Shown here one piece after another: positions 27,578 to 34,334 of a DNA stretch of 34,334 nucleotides. The DNA lies in contig VBGO01000029.1 of the NCBI GenBank assembly GCA_005882525.1, forward strand, positions 1 to 34,334, read 5' to 3'. Under the pieces are notes generated by a model. That model searched no databases and had not been told where the DNA came from. It saw only the letters and a program-made list of their open reading frames with translations. Source of the stretch: Chloroflexota bacterium (lineage in GTDB: Bacteria; Chloroflexota; Dormibacteria; CF-121). Position 1 is the stretch's first letter, and each line of letters starts with the position of its first letter. The position numbers and the translations under genes were made by a program.

Positions 27578-27838
27578 ATGGCACACAAGAAAGGCGCAGG
27601 CAGCTCACGCAACGGACGCGACAGCGTCGGCCAGCGGCTGGGGATCAAGACGGGCGCGGGCCAGGCGGTGAACGCCGGCACCATCCTGCTTCGCCAGCGT
27701 GGCACGGCGATCTTCCCGGGGACCAACGTCGGTATGGGGCGCGATCACACGCTGTTCGCCCTGATCGACGGCGTGGTCCGTTTCGAGCGGACGGGTCACG
27801 GGCGCAAGAAAGTCTCCGTGCTGGCGGCCGCCAGCTAG
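27578..27838 (+). CDS. rpmA: 50S ribosomal protein L27
   Basis: [29 protein letters not shown]. No N-terminal extension and no intervening prp gene. Confidence 0.97.
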   Translation: MAHKKGAGSSRNGRDSVGQRLGIKTGAGQAVNAGTILLRQRGTAIFPGTNVGMGRDHTLFALIDGVVRFERTGHGRKKVSVLAAAS

Positions 27839-27880
27839 CCGGTCACAGCCACTCCCGGGTCCGCCCGGGCTGGTCAGGCT

Positions 27881-29158
27881 TTGTTCACCGACCGGGTCAA
27901 GATCTTCGTCAAGGGTGGTGACGGCGGTGCCGGCGCCCTGAGCTTCCGCCGTGAGAAGTACGTCCCCCGTGGTGGCCCCGACGGCGGGAACGGCGGCCGG
28001 GGCGGCAACGTGATCCTCGAAGTCTCGAACCAGCTCAACTCGCTCCAGGATTACCGCTACCGGCATCACTTTCCGGCCCGCGGCGGCGGGCGTGGCGGCG
28101 GCAGCCGGCGCCACGGCAAGGACGCGGCCGACGTCGTGCTCCAGGTTCCGCCCGGGACCCTGGTCAAGGACGAGGAGGGGCAGACGCTCGCCGACCTGGT
28201 CGCCAGGGGGCAGCGGATGGTGGTGGCGCGCGGCGGCCGCGGCGGCCGCGGCAACGCCAGCTTCAAGACCTCGACCCGGCAGACGCCGCGATTCGCGGAG
28301 CTGGGCGAGCCGGGCGAATCCCGCTGGCTCTGGCTGGAGCTCAAGCTGATCGCGGATGTCGGCCTGCTCGGCCTGCCCAATGCCGGGAAGTCGACGCTCC
28401 TGGCCGCCGCCAGCGCCGCCCGGCCGAAGATCGCCGACTATCCCTTCACCACCCTGGAACCGGTGCTCGGCGTCGTCGAGATGGCCGAGGACGCCAGCTT
28501 CGTGATGGCGGACCTTCCCGGGCTGATCGAGGGCGCGCATGCCGGCGCGGGCCTGGGGCTGCAATTCCTCCGCCACGTGGACCGGACCCGGGTGCTGATC
28601 CATGTCATCGATGCCGCCGCCGGCGACCGGAACAAACTCTGGAACGACTACCAGCAAGTGCGCAACGAGCTCAAGAAGTACAGCGCCACGCTGGCCCGCC
28701 GGCCGCACCTGATTGCACTCAACAAGATGGATGCCGTGGCGGATACCTCCGAGGTACTCGCCTTCCGCCAACGCCTGGTGAAACTGCGACGACGCACGTT
28801 TCCGATTTCGGCGGCGACCGGCGACGGCGTCCAGGACCTGCTGTGGGCCGCGGAGCGTATGCTCGAGCGCCGCAAGGGGGAGGCGCCGGAACCGTTGCCC
28901 GCCCTCAAGGTCTATCGGGGTCCGACCTCAGCCGAGCCCTTTACGATCGAGCCGGTCGAGGGTGGATATCGGGTCTCCGGCAACCAGCTCGAACGGCTGC
29001 TGGCGATGACCGACATGACCAATCCCGAAGGCTTGGCCCATTTCCAGCGGATGCTCGATCGCTGGGGACTGAACGATGCGCTCGCGCGCCACGGCGCCCG
29101 CGGCGGAGAAACGGTGCGGATTTCCGGTGTGGAGTTTCTCTACGACCCGGAGCGCTGA
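27881..29158 (+). CDS. obgE: GTPase Obg/CgtA with a C-terminal (DUF1967/OCT-type) domain
   Basis: FRREKYVPRGGPDGGNGG, GLPNAGKST, DYPFTT, DLPG, NKMD. Confidence 0.97.
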   Translation: MFTDRVKIFVKGGDGGAGALSFRREKYVPRGGPDGGNGGRGGNVILEVSNQLNSLQDYRYRHHFPARGGGRGGGSRRHGKDAADVVLQVPPGTLVKDEEGQTLADLVARGQRMVVARGGRGGRGNASFKTSTRQTPRFAELGEPGESRWLWLELKLIADVGLLGLPNAGKSTLLAAASAARPKIADYPFTTLEPVLGVVEMAEDASFVMADLPGLIEGAHAGAGLGLQFLRHVDRTRVLIHVIDAAAGDRNKLWNDYQQVRNELKKYSATLARRPHLIALNKMDAVADTSEVLAFRQRLVKLRRRTFPISAATGDGVQDLLWAAERMLERRKGEAPEPLPALKVYRGPTSAEPFTIEPVEGGYRVSGNQLERLLAMTDMTNPEGLAHFQRMLDRWGLNDALARHGARGGETVRISGVEFLYDPER

Positions 29159-29165
29159 GGGTCTG

Positions 29166-29774
29166 ATGCCCGCACCGGGCGCGGTGATCGGGATCATGGG
29201 CGGGACCTTCGACCCGCTGCACAACGGCCACCTCGCGGCAGCCCGTCAGCTGCGCGGCGTCGCCAATCTCGACGAGGTCTGGCTGATGCCGAATGCGAAT
29301 CCTCCGCACCGGACGGCGGCACCGGCCGCCAGCGCCGAAGACCGGATGCGGATGGTGGAACTCGCGGTCGCCGGCCTTGATGGGCTCGTGCCGTCACGCA
29401 TCGAGGTGGACCGGGGCGGCATTTCCTACACCATCGATACCATCCGCCAGCTCGCGCGAGACTTTCCGGGACGGCGATTCACGCTTCTGCTTGGCTCCGA
29501 TGTCGCACTGCAGATCCGCAGCTGGCGGGACGCGGATGCGCTGCTCGATGAGGCGAGCTTTGTCATCTTCAACCGGCCGGAGACCACGCTGGCGCCGCAG
29601 ACACTGCACGAGTTGGGCTTTGCGCCCGCCCGCAGCCGGATCGTCCACCTCGACACACCGGCGGTCGCCGCCCACCAGGTCCGCGATCGCCTGGCGCGCG
29701 GGGCCCCGATCGACGACCTGGTGCCGGCCCCGGTCGCTGATTACATCCGAACCCACGACCTCTACCGTGGCTGA
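29166..29774 (+). CDS. nadD: Nicotinate-nucleotide adenylyltransferase
   Basis: GGTFDPLHNGH, PPHR, SYTIDT, LLGSD..W, VADYI..H.LY; obg-nadD-rsfS synteny. Confidence 0.9.
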   Translation: MPAPGAVIGIMGGTFDPLHNGHLAAARQLRGVANLDEVWLMPNANPPHRTAAPAASAEDRMRMVELAVAGLDGLVPSRIEVDRGGISYTIDTIRQLARDFPGRRFTLLLGSDVALQIRSWRDADALLDEASFVIFNRPETTLAPQTLHELGFAPARSRIVHLDTPAVAAHQVRDRLARGAPIDDLVPAPVADYIRTHDLYRG

Positions 29775-29809
29775 CGCCGGGTCCCGGCCAGACTGGGATA
29801 ATTAGGGCG

Positions 29810-30244
29810 GTGACCCCACTTCAGCTCAGCCGGCTCATCGCGGATGCCGCTGCGGACAAGAAGGCTCGGGGCATCGTTCGGATCGACCTGCGGGAGAAAA
29901 GCTCGATCGCGGACTACTTCGTGATCTGCGAGGGCGACACCGACCGCCAGGTGCGGGCCATCACCGATTCGATCGTCGAAGCGGGCAAGGCGAAGGGCAT
30001 CGTGCCGCTGCGCACCGCCGGCTACCAGGAGGGATCCTGGGTCGTGCTCGACTATGCCAGCGTCATCGTGCACGTCTTCCTTCCGGGCGAGCGCTCGTAC
30101 TACGACCTCGAGTCCCTCTGGAAGGGGCCGGCAAAGGCCGGCGCCGCGACGGGCAACGGCTCGAAGAAGACGCCCGCGAAGGAACGGGCGCGGCCCACCA
30201 AGAAGCCGGTGGGACCGACCCGGCGGCGCATCCGCTCCGCCTGA
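29810..30244 (+). CDS. rsfS: Ribosome silencing factor RsfS (Iojap)
   Basis: DKKA, ADYFVIC, RQVRAI, WVVLDY..VIVHVF, RSYYDLESLW. Confidence 0.95.
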   Translation: MTPLQLSRLIADAAADKKARGIVRIDLREKSSIADYFVICEGDTDRQVRAITDSIVEAGKAKGIVPLRTAGYQEGSWVVLDYASVIVHVFLPGERSYYDLESLWKGPAKAGAATGNGSKKTPAKERARPTKKPVGPTRRRIRSA

Positions 30245-30267
30245 CGGGCCACGCCCCAGCCTGACCT

Positions 30268-30285
30268 CCCCCGCCGGGGGTTGTT
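30268..30285 (+). terminator. Possible intrinsic terminator after rsfS
   Basis: CCCCC-GCC-GGGGG hairpin followed by TTGTT. The stem is short. Confidence 0.4.
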
Positions 30286-30329
30286 CCCTCGAAATTGTGC
30301 GCCGCGACTGAAGCGCGGGTCGACCGCTG

Positions 30330-30338
30330 TGGGATAAT
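30330..30338 (+). promoter_or_regulatory. Extended -10 (TGnGATAAT) upstream of the PucR-family gene
   Basis: TGGGATAAT, identical to the 9-mer upstream of rsfS (29794-29802). Confidence 0.5.
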
Positions 30339-30376
30339 ACCGCTCGTCGCGTCGCCTTCGGGCGCGGCGCACGAAG

Positions 30377-32005
30377 ATGTCCCCGCACAAACCCGCCGCC
30401 CCCGCGCATCCCCACGTCACCATCGAGGACGTATGGCACGGCGCCCTACCCCAGGAGAGCCAGCTCGTCGCCGGAGCGGCCGGCCGGCACCGCGAGGTGG
30501 TCTGGTGCACGGCGCTGCGCGCCCGGTCGCCCGCCCTCACCCCGCTTCGCGGCGGCGAGTTGCTCCTGATCAACCCACAGGTGCTCACGGCGGTTGACTC
30601 GCGGCTCACGCTCGCCCGCCTGCTCGAATCGCTGGCCGGCCAGGGGGTGGCCGGGGCGGCGGTCCTGGGGCGGGTGTCGGCCGAGGCCCGCCGCGTTGCG
30701 GATACGCACGGGCTGCCCTTGTTCGCGCTGCCCGCCGCGCTGCCGCTGGACCAGGTCGAGCAGCAGGTGCTGCGCTATATCGTCGACCGGCGCGCCGAGC
30801 TGCACGAGCGAGCGCAGGACCTGCACCGCCAGCTGAGCGAGCTGGCGCTGGCGGGGCGCGGGCTGCCGGCGCTGCTGACCCGGCTCCAGGAGTTGACCGG
30901 CGTTCCCGTGGTGCTGGAGCGGGACTCGGGGGTGGATTACGTCGGCGCCGGCGGCCGGCTGCCGGAAAGCACGGCGGCGGCGATTGCCGCCGAGCGAGGG
31001 GCGCTGGAGGAGTGGTTGCGGGAGGTCCCGCTCAGTGCCTTCGATCCGCCGGTTGCGCTGCGGCCGCTGCTCAACGGACAGGCTCGCCTGATCGCCCCCA
31101 TCCTGGTGCAGGGGAGCATCGCCGGATTCCTGTCTTTGCTGGGCTCGGAGGGCGAGCTCGGCGAGCTGCACCGGCTGGCGGTCGGACGGGCGGCGCACGC
31201 CTGCGCCATCGAACTGGTTCGCGCCCACGCCGCCCGCGACGCCCGCGACGAGGTCGAGGAGGAACTGCTCGACGTGCTGACCGCCGGGCGTCCTGGCTCC
31301 CATCAGGCGGCTCGCGAACGGGCCAAGCGCAAGGGCTTCGACGTCGATGCGCCGTACCTGGTGATCGCGGCCGAGTCGGCCGAGCCGGACCGGGCTCCAA
31401 AAATCCGGCTGGCCTGGGAGCGCCTGCTCGCCACCATGCGGAGCAGTGCGCTGGTCCGAGGCCGAGGCGACACGACCCTGGCCGTGGTCAGCCTGGCGGG
31501 CCGGCGCGCGCTCGAACCTCGGTCGCTGATCGACCAGCTGCATCGCGCCGCACGCACGGCCGTGACCGCCCCGGTCGCGCTCGGCTACGCCGCGGTCCGC
31601 ACCGGCACCGCCGAAATCGCGAGCAGCGCCCGCGAGGCCGAGCAAGCCCTGAGCATGGGTCGCCGCCTCTTCGGTGCGGATAGCGCCACCGCGTTCAAGG
31701 ATCTGGGCCTCTACCGTCTGCTCTACGCCCTCCAACCGCTGCCCGAGTTGCGCGCGTTTCGGGACGATGCGCTGACGCGGCTGCGGGCCAAGGACCGTGG
31801 CGGCGTCCTGCTGCAGACACTCGGCGCCTACCTGGCCACCAACGGCAGTCCGACGGACGCCGCCGCGCGCCTGCACCTCCATCGCAACACGGTGCTCTAT
31901 CGACTCGGCCGGATCGAAGATCTGCTCGGTGTCGACCTCCGCGACGCCGAAGTCCGGCTGGGGCTGCACCTGGCGCTGAAGATCGGCGACATCCTCGACG
32001 CCTGA
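30377..32005 (+). CDS. PucR/CdaR-family transcriptional regulator
   Basis: N-terminal PucR-like sensor region (LVAGAAGRHREVVW, LRGGELLL), FKDLGLYRLL, C-terminal HTH LHLHRNTVLYRLGRIEDLLG. Confidence 0.92.
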   Translation: MSPHKPAAPAHPHVTIEDVWHGALPQESQLVAGAAGRHREVVWCTALRARSPALTPLRGGELLLINPQVLTAVDSRLTLARLLESLAGQGVAGAAVLGRVSAEARRVADTHGLPLFALPAALPLDQVEQQVLRYIVDRRAELHERAQDLHRQLSELALAGRGLPALLTRLQELTGVPVVLERDSGVDYVGAGGRLPESTAAAIAAERGALEEWLREVPLSAFDPPVALRPLLNGQARLIAPILVQGSIAGFLSLLGSEGELGELHRLAVGRAAHACAIELVRAHAARDARDEVEEELLDVLTAGRPGSHQAARERAKRKGFDVDAPYLVIAAESAEPDRAPKIRLAWERLLATMRSSALVRGRGDTTLAVVSLAGRRALEPRSLIDQLHRAARTAVTAPVALGYAAVRTGTAEIASSAREAEQALSMGRRLFGADSATAFKDLGLYRLLYALQPLPELRAFRDDALTRLRAKDRGGVLLQTLGAYLATNGSPTDAAARLHLHRNTVLYRLGRIEDLLGVDLRDAEVRLGLHLALKIGDILDA

Positions 32006-32015
32006 CGCCCGGCGT

Positions 32016-32714
32016 CTAGTGGGGGTGGGTGCGGATCACGTCGGGGATCCGCGGCGCCGGCGGCAGCGGACCGACCACCGGCGGCGGCCCGGCGCCCAGC
32101 GCCGAGACGACGGCCGCGGCAATGGCCGCATGGCCCTGGTCGCCCGGGTGGAACCAATCGGTGCGGCCCAGGTAGCTCGAGCCACCGTCCAGGGCGTGAA
32201 AATCGTTGACGCCATAAAAGCCCTCCAGGCTGACGTAGATCGCGTCGTGCCGCTGGCAGGTCTGCGCGATGATGGCGTCGACGCCGGCGGCCGGGAGCCA
32301 GCTGCCGATGCAGATCACGCGCGTATGCGGGCCGGACACGCGGCTCACGATGGACTCGTACTGGGCCGCGAACAGGTCGGCGGGCGTGAAGAAACCCGCA
32401 TCGTTGGTCCCGAGCTCGATGGTGACCAGAGCCGGGTGCGCCGCGGCCACCACATTGAGTTCGGTAAGCCCCCAGCCGGCCCGGGCCCCGCTGCGCGCCA
32501 CCAGGTCGAGGTTCATCCCCAGCTTCTCGGCCACCAGCGCCGGAAACGTGTCGTTTGGCGCCGTCGCGAAGCGGCCGGCGCTGATGCTGTCGCCGAGGGC
32601 GACGTAGACCTTACCCTGCAAGGCCTGGTTGTCGGCCGACGCAGCCGCGCCGAGGATCTCGCTGGGCGCCATGGCCGGACCCCGCGCGGACGGCTGCCCG
32701 ATCGCGAGAACCAC
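32016..32714 (-). CDS. SGNH/GDSL-family hydrolase; 5' end possibly disrupted
   Basis: VALGDSISAG (block I), ARSGA, ELGTND (block III), DWFHP (block V). Confidence 0.85.
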   Translation of the reverse strand: MVLAIGQPSARGPAMAPSEILGAAASADNQALQGKVYVALGDSISAGRFATAPNDTFPALVAEKLGMNLDLVARSGARAGWGLTELNVVAAAHPALVTIELGTNDAGFFTPADLFAAQYESIVSRVSGPHTRVICIGSWLPAAGVDAIIAQTCQRHDAIYVSLEGFYGVNDFHALDGGSSYLGRTDWFHPGDQGHAAIAAAVVSALGAGPPPVVGPLPPAPRIPDVIRTHPH

Positions 32715-32835
32715 GAGAAGTACCCAAAGTCACGACCCTCGGGGTATGCGCCGGCATAGCCGCTGACCCCATCCTCCTCCCACCATTGTGCCAGCCGCGC
32801 CGCACGGGCGGTCCCTCCGAACGTAGCTCACGCCG

Positions 32836-33876
32836 CTAAACCAGTCCGGACTCCAGGGTGGTGACCATCTCAGCCAGGGCGCGGACGGCCCAGTTGGGAC
32901 GATCGGTCATGCCGAAGAGCTGCAGGCGGGCCTCTGCCAGGTGCTCGGCCGCCTGCCGGCGGCAGATGGCCTCTGCGCTCGACTGGGTGATGATGGCGCG
33001 CGCCGTCTCCATCTCCGCGGCGCTGAACCGGGCGCGTGTGAGGAGCGACCGAAGAACCCGCCGGTTGCCGGCGGCGCCGCCTCGCAGCGCGACCAGGGTG
33101 GGCAGCGTCTTCTTGCCGTTCTTCAGGTCGCTGCCGACCGGCTTCCCGGTCTGTGAGGTCGTCCCCCAGACACCGAGCATGTCGTCGATCACCTGGAATG
33201 CGACGCCGAGGTGGTAGCCGAACTTGCCCGCCCGGTCGAGCGAGGCATCGCCGACGCCGGCCGCCAGCCCGCCCAGCCGGGCGGCGCACTCGAAGAGCGC
33301 CGCCGTCTTGAGGCCGACCATCTCCATGTACTCATCGACCGAGACATCGACGCGTTGCTCGAACTGCAGGTCGATCACCTGGCCGCGGCAAAGGGCGAGC
33401 ATCGCCTCGGTGAGCAAGGAGAGCGCGGGCCGGGTGCGGTCGGTATATCGGGCGGGCAGCAGGTCGACGACGGCGCGGGTCACCAGCGCCTGCAGCGCCG
33501 CCCCGGCGTTGATCGCCTGACCCTGACCCCAGACTTTCCAGACCGACGGCCGGCCGCGGCGCAACTCATCATGGTCCTGGACGTCGTCGAAGACCAGCGA
33601 GAAATTGTGCACCAGCTCGACGGCGACCGCCGCCCACAGCGCATCGGCATACCGTCGTCCGAACGCCTCGCAGGTAAGCAGGGCGATGTTCGCCCGGAGG
33701 CGCTTGCCGGGGCGTTCGCCGGCCTTGCGCAGGCCGAGGTGGTACTGGACCATCTCGGTCAGCAATGCGCTCTGGCTCGAGCCGGCTCGCTGCGAGAGGC
33801 GCGCCAGGTCCCGGTCGAGCGCCTGGTTCATCGCCTGCAGGCGATCGGTGCGGCTGGCGAAGGTCTTGCTTTTCAT
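32836..33876 (-). CDS. Polyprenyl diphosphate synthase, short-chain GGPP synthase (IdsA-like)
   Basis: GKRLR, FARM DDVQD..ELRRG, GQVID, KTAAL, SARM FQVIDD, GKPVGSDL..GKKT. Phe at position -5 of FARM. Confidence 0.92.
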   Translation of the reverse strand: MKSKTFASRTDRLQAMNQALDRDLARLSQRAGSSQSALLTEMVQYHLGLRKAGERPGKRLRANIALLTCEAFGRRYADALWAAVAVELVHNFSLVFDDVQDHDELRRGRPSVWKVWGQGQAINAGAALQALVTRAVVDLLPARYTDRTRPALSLLTEAMLALCRGQVIDLQFEQRVDVSVDEYMEMVGLKTAALFECAARLGGLAAGVGDASLDRAGKFGYHLGVAFQVIDDMLGVWGTTSQTGKPVGSDLKNGKKTLPTLVALRGGAAGNRRVLRSLLTRARFSAAEMETARAIITQSSAEAICRRQAAEHLAEARLQLFGMTDRPNWAVRALAEMVTTLESGLV

Positions 33877-33907
33877 CAGCGAGCCCCGGTGTGGAAAGGC
33901 GAGCGTG

Positions 33908-34334
33908 TCAACGGACGTCCGTCGGCGGGTTGCTCTTGAGCGCGGCGATGGTCGGCGCGCCGGCGCAGAACATCGCCACCCGCAGCTGCCAGGCGAAACC
34001 GTCGAGCAGCCGGCGCACGGACTCTTCGCCTTCGGCCGCGGCGGCGAGGACGGCGTGGGCGAAGCCGGTCAGATCCGCGCCGAGTCCGATCGCCTTCGCC
34101 GCGTCGAGCCCGTGCCGCAGTCCGCCGCTGGCGATCAGCGGCAAGTGGGGCGCCACCTTGTGGGTGGCGACCAGCGCCTCCGCGGTCGGGATGCCCCATT
34201 CGGAGAAGGCGAGCGCCAGCTCGACCTCCTCGGGCCGCTCGCGCCGGAGCGCCTCGACCCGAGCGAAGCTGGTGCCGCCCAGTCCCGCGACGTCGATCGC
34301 GGCTACCCCGGCCTGTGCCAGCAATGCCGCCGTC
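33908..34334 (-). CDS. fni: Type-2 (FMN-dependent) isopentenyl-diphosphate delta-isomerase, C-terminal part (truncated by the window end)
   Basis: IDVAGLGGTSFARVE, FSEWGIPT, LIASGGLRHGLDAAKAIGLGA. The frame is open to the window edge and adjacent to the prenyl synthase. Confidence 0.9.
   Translation of the reverse strand, partial: TAALLAQAGVAAIDVAGLGGTSFARVEALRRERPEEVELALAFSEWGIPTAEALVATHKVAPHLPLIASGGLRHGLDAAKAIGLGADLTGFAHAVLAAAAEGEESVRRLLDGFAWQLRVAMFCAGAPTIAALKSNPPTDVR

Noticed and set aside
27915-28255. GGCGGC-rich repeats
   Set aside because: They encode the normal glycine-rich Obg fold.
30446-31969. 507-aa antisense ORF opposite pucR (and similar long shadow ORFs 18052-19365, 14075-15226, 27605-28771, 2603-3730, 6377-7558)
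   Set aside because: They lie antisense to clearly identified genes, show no recognisable motifs, and are expected from stop-codon scarcity in GC-rich coding DNA.

Overview
High-GC bacterial chromosomal window, mostly core genome. The gene set and order suggest a monoderm Chloroflexota/Ca. Dormibacterota-like organism (inference only). From left to right: (1) a 5'-truncated multi-pass membrane protein. (2) A tightly coupled amine/guanidino-compound catabolic cluster: class-III aminotransferase, aldehyde dehydrogenase, alpha/beta hydrolase with a Cys nucleophile elbow, ureohydrolase and DAO/SoxB-type flavoprotein, running on into a SurA/parvulin-like lipoprotein, thpR and tRNA-Arg(ACG). (3) galT, a small membrane protein, a 67-aa ORF and a divergent psuG. 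(4) tRNA-Leu(TAG), followed by a TolB-like PD40 lipoprotein. (5) tig-clpP-clpX-lon, a strongly structured intergenic element, and valS. (6) A membrane double-zinc-ribbon gene, two coupled very hydrophobic proteins resembling degenerate NuoL/Mrp antiporter-like subunits, maf, a 3x DUF11-like lipoprotein and DUF3105. (7) rplU-rpmA-obg-nadD-rsfS and a PucR-family regulator. (8) On the minus strand, an SGNH hydrolase, a polyprenyl synthase and a partial type-2 IPP isomerase. No CRISPR array, transposase, integrase or rRNA was seen. The best candidates for something undescribed are the orphan degenerate antiporter-like pair, the catabolic cluster with atypical catalytic residues and two genes lacking canonical starts, and the structured element upstream of valS. 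All family calls come from motif recognition by eye, not database searches.
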